Source: an uncultured Bacteroidota bacterium
GTDB lineage: Bacteria > Bacteroidota > Bacteroidia > Cytophagales > Cyclobacteriaceae
NCBI GenBank assembly: GCA_963813425.1
Contig: CAWEZB010000017.1
Coordinates: 46,750-110,749 of the forward strand
Length of the DNA: 64,000 nt
Reading direction: 5' to 3'
The notes below the pieces were generated by a model. It saw only the letters and a list, made by a program, of their open reading frames with translations, searched no databases and had not been told where the DNA came from. Within the stretch, counting starts at the first letter, position 1. The number at the start of each line of letters is the position of its first letter. Shown in pieces: positions 43,866 through 53,793 of the stretch. A program made the position numbers and the translations under genes.

Positions 43866-45623
43866 ATGAAGAGATTACTATTTTCGAGCATCCGGCGTAT
43901 AGCCTACTTTGGCGTAGGCATGGCAATGCTGCTCTGCAGCCAGTGTACACAAAATGAAACTAAAAATACCCTTCCCAAAGGCGATGCTGATAATGGAAAG
44001 CTCGCACTGCCAGACGGCTTCGAGGCTGTCGTTGTAGTTGACAGCGTGGGGAGGGCAAGACACATTGCCGTCAACGAAAATGGCGATATCTATATGAAAC
44101 TTCGAGGTGTGACACCCATGGGCGGTTCGGTGGCACTTCGCGACACTACAGGCGACGGCAAAGCAGATATCATAAAATACTTTGGTACGTATAAAGATCC
44201 CAGATCTTACGGTACTGCTATGCGCATTTACAATGGATATATTTATTTTAGCACTACGGGCACTGTATTCAGGAACAAGCTGATCCCGGGACAGCTGTTG
44301 CCAGATACTACTACGGAGGCAGTCGTAATCGACGATTACCAAAGCCGTCCCTATGGAACGGAGCATATCGCCAAGCCGATCGCGTTTGATGATAAGGGAC
44401 ATTTATACGTGCCCTTTGGGGCTCCAGGCGATATGTGCCAGGTCGAAAATAGAGTTCCTGGATCTCCCGGAAAGTTTCCATGTCCGGAACTGGCTATCCA
44501 TGGCGGCGTCTGGCAGTTCGACGCCAACAAGATCGGCCAGATGCAGGCGGATGGCAAGCGATACGCTACGGGTATACGCAGCCTTGTGGCGATGGAATGG
44601 AATTTCGAAGATGGTAATCTGTTTGCGATTCAACATGGGCGCGATGACTTCTTCCGGACGTGGCCTGACCTTTATTCCCCCTGGAAGAGTGCGTTGCTGC
44701 CATCGGAGGAATTCTTCCGTGTCACTGAAGGCACAAATGGTGGCTGGCCTTATTACTACTTTGATCAGATGCAGAACAAAAAAGTGTTGAATCCGGAATA
44801 TGGCGGCGACGGTAAAAAGAGCGATGGTGCTGATACGGTAGCTATGCCACTCATTGGCTTTCCAGGACACTTTGCACCAAATGACCTTCTTTTCTATAAA
44901 GGCGATCAATTTCCCGCCCGTTACAAAAATGGTGCATTCATCGCATTTCACGGATCGACGATACGGGCGCCCTATCCGCAAGCGGGATATTTCGTGGCCT
45001 TTGTGCCGTTCAGTGATGGAAAACCTTCCGGTCCATGGGAAGTATTTGCCGACGGATTCGCGCAACTGGATACGATTGTAAATACCTCCGACGCGAAGGC
45101 ACGTCCCATGGGACTTTCAATGGGACCAGATGGTTCATTGTACATCACCGAAAGTGTCAGGGGCAAAATATGGAGGGTTATGTACAAAGGTAACAAGACG
45201 GAGTTCGGCGAGAAACAACTTGCTGGAATGGAACAGCGGAAGATGCGTACTAACGTGAAGACGCCCGACGAAATTAAGGACAACCTGCTAAAGGGTAAAG
45301 AAGCGCCAGGGTCCGTTGCATACACCCGCTATTGTGCCTCATGCCACCTTCCCGGCGGGCAGGGTGATGGAAACAGATTTCCACCATTGTTCGGCTCTGA
45401 ATGGGTAAGCGGTCCGAAGACGAGATTGATTGAAATTGTGCTGAAGGGGATGTCGGGTCCTATCACAGTAAGGCGCAAACCATACGACGGCGTCATGCCA
45501 GCACATGCTTTCTTGAACGATCAGCAGGTAGCGGAAATCCTCACCTATATAAGGACAAGAATGAATCATGGAGGAACACCGATCTCTGCGGAAGAAGTGC
45601 AGACTGTTCGGTCGCAGCAATAA
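43866..45623 (+). CDS. PQQ-dependent sugar/sorbosone dehydrogenase fused to cytochrome c
   Basis: GRARH, YATGIR, GWPY and RPMGL propeller motifs; C-terminal CASCH heme motif and distal MP. Confidence 0.85.
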   Translation: MKRLLFSSIRRIAYFGVGMAMLLCSQCTQNETKNTLPKGDADNGKLALPDGFEAVVVVDSVGRARHIAVNENGDIYMKLRGVTPMGGSVALRDTTGDGKADIIKYFGTYKDPRSYGTAMRIYNGYIYFSTTGTVFRNKLIPGQLLPDTTTEAVVIDDYQSRPYGTEHIAKPIAFDDKGHLYVPFGAPGDMCQVENRVPGSPGKFPCPELAIHGGVWQFDANKIGQMQADGKRYATGIRSLVAMEWNFEDGNLFAIQHGRDDFFRTWPDLYSPWKSALLPSEEFFRVTEGTNGGWPYYYFDQMQNKKVLNPEYGGDGKKSDGADTVAMPLIGFPGHFAPNDLLFYKGDQFPARYKNGAFIAFHGSTIRAPYPQAGYFVAFVPFSDGKPSGPWEVFADGFAQLDTIVNTSDAKARPMGLSMGPDGSLYITESVRGKIWRVMYKGNKTEFGEKQLAGMEQRKMRTNVKTPDEIKDNLLKGKEAPGSVAYTRYCASCHLPGGQGDGNRFPPLFGSEWVSGPKTRLIEIVLKGMSGPITVRRKPYDGVMPAHAFLNDQQVAEILTYIRTRMNHGGTPISAEEVQTVRSQQ

Positions 45624-45661
45624 CTGACTAATTGAGATGAAAAACGAACGATCCTTAAAGA

Positions 45662-46714
45662 ATGGAATATAGACAATTGGGAAACTCAGGATTAAGGGTG
45701 CCCGTGCTAAGTTTCGGCACTGCCACATTTGGAGGTGGAAACGATTTTTTTAAAGCATGGGGTAACACAGAAGTGAGCGAAGCCACGCGTCTGGTGAACC
45801 TTTGCCTGGATGCAGGAGTAAATCTTTTTGACACATCAAATGTGTACTCCATGGGAATCGCAGAAGAAATTTTAGGAAAAGCGATTTCCGGATTACGTGA
45901 TAAAGTCCTAATCTCTACGAAGGCGACTTTCCCCATGTCAGAACAAGTGAATGATTATGGATCTTCGCGACTCAATTTGATAAAGAGTTGTGAAGATAGC
46001 CTCAGGCGTCTAGGCACGGACCACATCGACATCTATCATATGCATGGGTTTGATGCGAATACTCCGGTGGAAGAAACACTGAAAGCATTGGACAATTTGG
46101 TAACGAGTGGAAAAGTACGTTACATCGCATGCTCCAACTTTTCGGGTTGGCATCTGATGAAATCATTGTCCGTCTCACAACGGTATGGATGGTCAAAATA
46201 CATTGCACATCAGGCTTACTATTCCTTGATCAATCGTGATTTTGAATGGGAGCTTATGCCGTTGGCGATTGACCAAAAGATAGGAACGATTGTGTGGAGT
46301 CCATTGGCAAGCGGTATGTTAAGTGGTAAGTACCGCAGAAACCAACCGATACCACAAAATGCCAGAGTCGCGCAGGGAGGAAGTCCGGTACCCGGTGAAA
46401 CCATTGACAATGAAAGATTGTATAATATCGTTGATCGACTCGATGCAATCGCGAAGGAAACTGGCAAAACAGTTGCACAAGTATCTCTCAACTGGCTTCT
46501 ACAACGTCCCACGGTTTCCAATATCATTATTGGTGCAAGAAACGAAGAACAGCTTAAGCAAAATCTTGATGCAGTAGGTTGGAATTTAACGGTCGACCAG
46601 GTAAAGTCTCTGGATGAGGTAAGTGAAGTATTTCCTGTTTACCCGTATTGGCACCAACGCCAATTTCCCATGCTGAATGCAGCGCCGAAATTGTATGGAG
46701 ATAAAGGGCGGTAA
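45662..46714 (+). CDS. Aldo/keto reductase
   Basis: FDTSNVYS, STK, DIYHMH, GKVRYIACSNF and WSPLA. Confidence 0.93.
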   Translation: MEYRQLGNSGLRVPVLSFGTATFGGGNDFFKAWGNTEVSEATRLVNLCLDAGVNLFDTSNVYSMGIAEEILGKAISGLRDKVLISTKATFPMSEQVNDYGSSRLNLIKSCEDSLRRLGTDHIDIYHMHGFDANTPVEETLKALDNLVTSGKVRYIACSNFSGWHLMKSLSVSQRYGWSKYIAHQAYYSLINRDFEWELMPLAIDQKIGTIVWSPLASGMLSGKYRRNQPIPQNARVAQGGSPVPGETIDNERLYNIVDRLDAIAKETGKTVAQVSLNWLLQRPTVSNIIIGARNEEQLKQNLDAVGWNLTVDQVKSLDEVSEVFPVYPYWHQRQFPMLNAAPKLYGDKGR

Positions 46715-46789
46715 TCGATAACAGCCTGTTGTGTCTTTACCATACGACATTTTCACATTGTTACGCCGTCTGATTTCAACGGTCTAACG

Positions 46790-47156
46790 TCACCACGTTT
46801 AACCCTTTCAGGGTTATGCGCGATGTCGGATCTTTTTCCACCGGTTTCACCGGTGGTTATTCATATTGAAGCCCTTCGGGCTTGCAACCTTTCAAACATC
46901 CGTGGGGGGCGGACTTAAAACCTTTGCTGCCCTTCATCACGAAGCCTGCAAGGCTTCATGATGAATAACTCTTTCGCCGACCGTTATTCGAATTGAAGTC
47001 CTCCGGACTTCTGACCTTTCAAACATCTGTTAGAGCGTACTTAAAAACCTTTGCCTACCGTTCATCACGAAGCCCGAAAGGCTTCAATGTGAATAACCCT
47101 GAGTGCAACTCAGGGCCATTTGCGAAAAATATCTCACAAACCCCGACGGGGTTTAA
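46790..47156. repeat. Left array of palindromic (REP-like) units flanking the HUH transposase
   Basis: Four alternating-orientation units built on GTTATTC-N3-TGAAG(C/T)C-loop-G(G/A)CTT, plus hairpins CCACCGG/CCGGTGG, CCCTGAG/CTCAGGG and AACCC/GGGTT. Confidence 0.85.
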
Positions 47157-47175
47157 TGTTTCTTATCGAATAAAT

Positions 47176-47622
47176 TCAAAATAGATAACGCTCATCGAAC
47201 TTGACCTCGTTCTCTTCCAACAATCTTTTATATTCGTCATACAAACTTTCAGATCGATGGTGAACTTTTTGGTTTTTGACGTATTCAATTAAAATATCTT
47301 TTTCTCTGATCGAATACGTGAAAGCTCCGTAACCATCTTGCCAACCTTCAAATTCCGGAAACAACTTAGATTCTTTCAGCCAGATACTGCTAGCCACTTT
47401 GATATTTTTGACGTAGTCCGCCAGCGATGTTGAGGGATGCAAATCAGAGAGAATATGAATGTGATCAGCAACTCCATTAATTCTGTACAAATGGCAATTG
47501 TGCTTATTGACAATTCCCCAAATGTACCGGTAGAGTTGTTCGCAGTGTTGTTCGGATATTGTTGGTTTCCTGTTTTTTGTACCAAAGACGATCTGATAGA
47601 TAATCTGACGATAACTACTCAT
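47176..47622 (-). mobile_element. tnpA: IS200/IS605-family Y1 HUH transposase (solo TnpA, repeat-associated type)
   Basis: 148 aa; YQIVFGTKNR, HUH motif DHIHIL, WQDGYGAFT and catalytic-Tyr region YVKNQKVHH; no tnpB. Confidence 0.9.
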
Positions 47623-47647
47623 AATTTTAATTTTAATGGCCTACAAC

Positions 47648-48212
47648 GTTTAACCCTTTAGGATTATCTGCAATATATCACTTTTTTTTCCACCGGTTTC
47701 ACCGGCGGTTATTTCAAATTGAAGTCCTTCGGACTTGGATGCAATGAAATCTTTGCAATCATTCTCTCATCAAGAAGATCGTGATCCCTTTTCAAATCCA
47801 CCGTGATCTTCTGGTAGAATGTGCAAGTTCTGGTGATCCATATTTTTGTTTTTGATTTAATGATCACCACGTTTAAACGCGATGTCGGATCTTTTCCACC
47901 GGTTTCACCGGTGGTTATTCATATTGAAGCCCTTCGGGCTTGCAACCTTTCAAACATCTGTGGGGCGGACTTAAAACCTTTCCTGCCCTTCATCACGAAG
48001 CCTGCAAGGCTTCAATCTGAATAACCCTTTCACCGACGGTTATTCGAATTGAAGTCCTCCCGACTTCTGACCTTTCAAACATCTGTTAGAGCGTACTTAA
48101 AAACCTTTGCCTACCGTTCATCACGAAGCCGGAAAGGCTTCAACCTGAATAACCCTGAGTGCAACTCAGGGTTAGTATGAAAAATATTGCTTAAACCCCA
48201 AAGGGGTTTAAC
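47648..48212. repeat. Right array of palindromic units, including a near-identical copy of the left block
   Basis: One unit at 47649-47736; block 47878-48171 matches 46819-47115. Confidence 0.85.
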
Positions 48213-48281
48213 TTCCTCTTTACAACGGCGCAGACAAGCGCACTAAGCTTTGCGATTGATGTTATTGATTCAATTGATCTC

Positions 48282-49494
48282 TCACTTCGTAAATTTCACC
48301 GCTGAAATTCCATTAAGATCCCACACGATTTTTCCTGCACGAATTGTCAATTCTGCTTCAAATTTTTGCTTCCCTTCTATTTTATTTCCCCCGGCGTCGA
48401 CAAAACCAAAATTTCCATTTCGTAAACTCAACACTGCAATATCTGCTACAGCTCCTTCACTCAATTGTCCAAGATCCGCATCGTTTGATGGATTTTGCCG
48501 GAGCCCAGGTAGCCCGCACGATAATATCTTCTTTTGTCATACCCATACTTAAATATTTGGACATGACATTTAGCATATCTTTCATTCCCGCATTCATGCT
48601 GAATCGATGTAAGTCGGTGCCGAAGGAATTGGGAGTGAGCCCTTGTTGCAACGCCGGAATGGCTTCACTAAACCAAAAACCTGCACCTCCATGTCCAACA
48701 TCAAATAGAATTCCTTTTTTTTGAGCTTCCTTTACAAACGGTCTAACATTTCCTTGCTCATCGATGACAGACATTCGTTCCGAAACCTTCTCAAATGAGT
48801 GTGTGATAATATCTCCGGGCCGCATTCGATTCAACTGATCTTCCAACGAGTATTGTGGCAAGTGACATTCTACAAATAGGGGAACGTTAGATCGGTTTGC
48901 TGCGGCTATCGCTTTTTCAAACGGTGTCCATAGCGTCCCTTCGTAGTGACCAATTTTTACGCCAACGATAATATCAGGATATTTTTGAATGGCCTCGGAA
49001 GTCTTTAGCAGGATCCATATCATTGATATCTTCCTGTGTCGGCTTTCCGCTCATCCCAGTACCGGCAATATTCAGAAAGGCGAGGATACGTGTTTTGGAT
49101 CTATCAATCACCTGGTCTTTGAAGACAGGGAAATTTCGCCAACCGGAAGTTCCGGCATCCACTACGGTTGTAACACCAGCCTTAAACGTAAAATCATCGG
49201 GAGACAAACTTAAGACTACCATCTGCAAATGTATCTGGCTTGCTGCCTACAAAAACATGCGTATGTATATCTATCAACCCAGGGCAGACATATAAGCCCG
49301 TGACATCAACAATTTTCTTCGCTTGGTCTGTGGCAATACTGGGTGCTACTTTAACGATTTTACCATCTGCAATGGCTACATCCATGCGAGTGTTGATATT
49401 ATTCGCTGGATCAATGACATGTCCATTTTTTAACAGGAGATCAATCTCCTGAGCGTGTGTAAAAGTAGTTTAGCAAGAAGAGAAACAAGCTCAT
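48282..49494 (-). CDS. Amidohydrolase/deacetylase, EF0837-like (dihydroorotase-like), frameshifted; start uncertain
   Basis: PGLIDIHTH, VVDAGTSG, RPGDIITH, FDVGHGG, GTDLH and ELTIRAGKIVWDLNG. Confidence 0.82.
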
Positions 49495-49562
49495 CAATAG
49501 TATTGCTGGGCCTGGCTATTGGGAAGAAAGCTTTGTGCAGTGAGAAAGCGTGAAAGACTTTA

Positions 49563-49659
49563 ACCGCAAAGGCGCTCGATAGCATCGGGACGCAAGGATA
49601 CGCTAAGCAATTTTACGATAGTATCGGCAAATACCTTTGCGCCTTAGCGTCTTTGCGGT
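49563..49659. repeat. Intergenic imperfect palindrome made of short GCAAAG/CTTTGC repeats
   Basis: ACCGCAAAG...CTTTGCGGT; related motifs at 11952-11990 (CTTTGCGCCTCTGCGGT). Confidence 0.5.
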
Positions 49660-49700
49660 GAATACATTCATGCTTTGATTCATATGAATATCTATCATAT

Positions 49701-50972
49701 TTATTTTGCATCCCAGGCTAGGCGCACTTATTCCATTCAAATCCCATACAATTTTTCCCGCGCGGATCGTTAGCTCGGTCTCTAGCTTCTGTGTTCCTTT
49801 AAGTTTGGTACCACGGACATCCACAAATCCAAAGTCACCTTTTCTTACATTGAATACTGCAATGTCTGCTTCGGCACCAACACTCAGATTTCCCAGCTCT
49901 GTCTTGTTGATGACATTGGCTGGAGTCCATGTCGCACGGCGATTGCATCCTGAAGCGGACATTCCCATGTTGATGAACTTGGATAAGACATTGGCAAGAT
50001 CTTTCATTCCTCAATTCATGCTTTCTATATGCAAGTCAGTGCTGATAACATCAGGCTTAAATCCCTGCTGCATGGCAGGAACTGCCTGTCGCCACGAAAA
50101 AGCGCCACCACCATGACCTACATCGAAAATAATTCCTCTTTTTTGGCCTCGTCAATAAATGGTTTTACTTTTCCATTTTCATCAACTACGGTTTCACGTT
50201 TCGTCGGACCGTAAGAATAGGTGTGTGTAAAGATATCTCCAGGACGAAGGTGTTTCATAAACAGCGCTTCAATGGAGTTGGGAGGATCATGTTCACCAAA
50301 ATCAACCATAACCGGTACGTTAGCCAACTTACCTGCTTCGACTGCACGATCTACTTGTGTAAAATCACCCCAATAATGAGCCGCTTTAATGCCCACAATA
50401 ATATCAGGAAAAAGTTGTTTGATCATATGCGCAGTCATCACCGGGTTCATGTCTGTTACATCCTGCTCCTCAAAACGTCCGACCATTCCGGTACCCACAA
50501 TATTTAATAAAGCAAGCACTCTTGTTTGAGCCTTGTCAATGGTTTGCTCTTTTAACTGTCGAAAATTTCTCCATCCGGAAGAACCGGCATCCACGACAGT
50601 GGTCACCCCGGCTCTAAAAGTAAATCCATCCGGTGCCACACTCGTCGGACCATTGGCGATATAGGCATCCAGATCGTTTCCCATAAAAACGTGTACATGC
50701 ATGTCAATTAGGCCGGGCGTTACAAACAACCCTTTTACATCAATCACTTTTTTAGCATTCGTTGCCGGAATATTTGGCGCTACCTGTACGATTTTATTTT
50801 CGACGATGGCAACATCCATCACGGAATCAATTTTATTTTTTGGGTCGATGACATGTCCGCCCTTTAATAAAATATCGATCTGCTGAGCCTGCAGCGTTCC
50901 TACTTGTATCATCCAAAAAAGAAACAGGACACACGGAATCACACGACGATGTAAACACTTTTTAGTTGCCAT
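49701..50972 (-). CDS. Amidohydrolase/deacetylase, EF0837-like, with signal peptide, frameshifted
   Basis: PGLIDMHVH, VVDAGSSG, LRPGDIFTH and ELTIRAGKIVWDLNG; N-terminal signal ending LQA-QQ. Confidence 0.85.
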
Positions 50973-51002
50973 TCCTTTTTAATTAAGTGTTCAGTTTGTT
51001 TT

Positions 51003-52625
51003 TTAGGTTGCTAATGGTGGCCCGCCCGGAATCATAATTCGTTTGCGTTCCATCTTGTAAGTTGATTTTTTGGCTGTAAACTTGGCGTTTAGGTATTCGC
51101 CTAAAAATATGGAGCCGGAAATAGTCGTCCCGGAAGCTTTGCCCGAGAACATGTAAGTGATACCATCGCCTGGAAGACGGAGATTACTTCTGAGCGTCAC
51201 TTGATCACCTTCCACCATTCCCATTACCTCTTGCTCCGAAAAATCCGACGTATGTGTACCCTGAATCCAATTTCCATCTTGTTCGATGAATAATTTATGC
51301 TCGCTTTTGCTCGTAAAAAATTCAACTGTTACATCCCAATGGCCACCGAGCGTGACTGTCGGTGCCGTCATGCTGGTAGACCTTGGGTTGCGCTTTTGAG
51401 AAAGAAGATTATAGATCCGGTCTGCCACGATCTTGTCATTGCCGGGCTGCATCTGACCAGTTGTAATATGGATCGAAGTCGTTCCAGGTTCGTTGCTGCT
51501 GCCAATAGCGATGCGCGGTTTAGTTCGTGCAAAGTTTTCAGCCACTTCATCACCTGTGATATTTAGCACATCTGGATCCCATGATACTTTTAGCCTAGGG
51601 GAACGGTTAGAAAGTTCTGTTGGCTCCTCGACAGACGTCTTGACGCCATCAATTTTTGAAACTTGTTTTGAAATATTGTCGAGGTAGGACAACCATGTTT
51701 TCCATTCTGCCTTATGATCACGCGTAACCCAGGCCTCTACCGCGGCAAGCATTCCCATCATTTCTTCCTTGCCTACTTTATTATCGCGTCCGGGACCGTG
51801 GTGAGGAGAACTCGCTTGCCAGGCTGACATGAGAAGATCTTTACTTCCCAACAATAACCCTGCACACTGTGGTCCACAGATCGCCTTTCCTCCGCTATAC
51901 GCTACAACGGTGGCTCCCGCTTGTAAATGCACATTTGGGATGGTAAGAATCTCTGCTGCCGCATCGACCAGGATGGGAATATTTTTGGGCTTTGCTATTC
52001 CGGCAATGACTTCCGTTGAAAGTGGTTGACCGCTTACGGACTCGTCGCCTGACATAATATAAATCAGCGCTGTGCTGGGATTGATGGCATTTTCCAGTTC
52101 TTCCGCGGTGTTAACTGTGATGATCTTCACACCAATGTTACGCACGGCGTGGTCGTAAGCATTTCTGGAGTAAGCCGGCATGATGACTTCAGTTTTTTCA
52201 AAGCCCGTCAAATCAGGAATGCGAATCAGTTTCTCGGGGTTGCCTCCCGTAACACAGGCGGCGGTGACATGCTTCATTCCAGCAGCACATCCAGCTGAAA
52301 CCATTCCCCATTCTGCACCCGTCACTATGGCTCATCTCCGGCCAACACCGAATGCCAATTCATCGTATTGTACAAAGAATCCTGAGGCTGCTTTCATTGC
52401 TGCAACGACTTCAGGCCGCTCAACCGATCCACCGATGATGGTAAATGTCCCGCGGCAATTGATGACGGGATCCACACCGATAGACTCATAGATATTAGGT
52501 CCAATCGAAAGTGGACCCGAAGGGAGAACTCCATTATCGTCAGCAGCTGAAGCTGATGTAACGGATAGAAAGCTTCCGGCGAAAGGCAGCACGGATAAGT
52601 TTTGAATAATGTCTCTGCGTTTCAT
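51003..52625 (-). CDS. SelA-like PLP-dependent enzyme with C-terminal extension and Tat-like leader, one frameshift near 52330
   Basis: MKRRDIIQN leader; VINCRGTFT, VDAAAE, YSGGKAICGPQ and RDNKVGKEE. Confidence 0.85.
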
Positions 52626-53085
52626 GTGCGTTGAAGTTTATTGAAATGGCTGGGTGGGACTAAAGTTAAAATTATTCTTGGGTCGTCTTCTTTGGTGGAG
52701 GAAGAAATTAAACTTTTTCGAAGTGTGCGTCAGGTTCATGTGCTTCTGAAGTTAAGGACGGATAGGGCCAACAAATAAAAACACACACACAGTGCAAAGG
52801 GTTTCTGAAAAATCTCTTGATTTTTTCGTTCAACCAAATTTTAAAGAAAATGTAACGGAACAATGCGATTTAGAACGGTTTGATGGCAATGCAATGGATT
52901 GAAAAACCCCAGACGAGTTTTTTTTAGATAAAGAATTCCTTTGTATTTTTTTTTTAGCGGATAAACCACTCCACTTCTTTTACGTTCCTGTTTCTTTTCC
53001 AAAATTTTCGACATAACTTGAATTATTGTCAGCACGATCTCACATGATTTTTTTTCTCAACTAAATGACTAATACATTATAGGTC

Positions 53086-53679
53086 ATGTCTCCGAATCAT
53101 CCATATCGACCAAACGAGGTTTTGCTACAACTTACGGAGGGAAATGAATCGGCCTTCAAACAAATTTATGATCGCTATTGGCTAGGTATCTACAAAACAG
53201 TCAAACGATATACAAAATCGCAGGAAGTAGCGGAAGATATTGTCCAGGAAATATTTACAACGCTGTGGAACAATCGGACCAATTTTACAGAAGTTATTAA
53301 TATTGAATATTATCTGATAACGATGGCCAAAAATCTAACGTACAAAACATTGCGTAAGATGGCCTTCGAGAAAGAAGTTAGAAATCATTGGTCGGAAGAA
53401 GGTCTGCGGAAGGAAAATGTCGAGAATGACGCGGTTCTTGATCAGCAATATGCTCAGTTGATACAACACGCGGTAGGATTATTGCCATCACAACAAAAGC
53501 AGATTTTTCAGATGGCGAAAGTGGAAGGTCTAAGCCACAAGGATATTGCCACGCAGCTTAAGATTTCCCACCTGACCGTAAAGACACACATGGCTAAAGC
53601 ACTCCGGACTATACGTCACTATCTTCAGCCCCACTTAAGCAACGTGTTTGTTGTGTGTGTCAGTTATTTGTTATTGTAA
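53086..53679 (+). CDS. ECF sigma-70 factor
   Basis: AEDIVQEIF and LPSQQKQIF...GLSHKDIATQLKISHLTVKTHMAKAL. Confidence 0.9.
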   Translation: MSPNHPYRPNEVLLQLTEGNESAFKQIYDRYWLGIYKTVKRYTKSQEVAEDIVQEIFTTLWNNRTNFTEVINIEYYLITMAKNLTYKTLRKMAFEKEVRNHWSEEGLRKENVENDAVLDQQYAQLIQHAVGLLPSQQKQIFQMAKVEGLSHKDIATQLKISHLTVKTHMAKALRTIRHYLQPHLSNVFVVCVSYLLL

Positions 53680-53793
53680 TTTCTTGCGAGTTCCATCCGT
53701 TAAATTTTTTTTAAGATCGACTACACCCTCCGCACCCCATAAAGACTCTTTAGATCATAGGGTACTCTATGTTCAAGCTATTGAGTTCACATT

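Noticed and set aside
46790-48212. CRISPR array
   Set aside because: Units alternate in orientation, the linkers are homologous to each other rather than unique spacers, and no cas genes are present.
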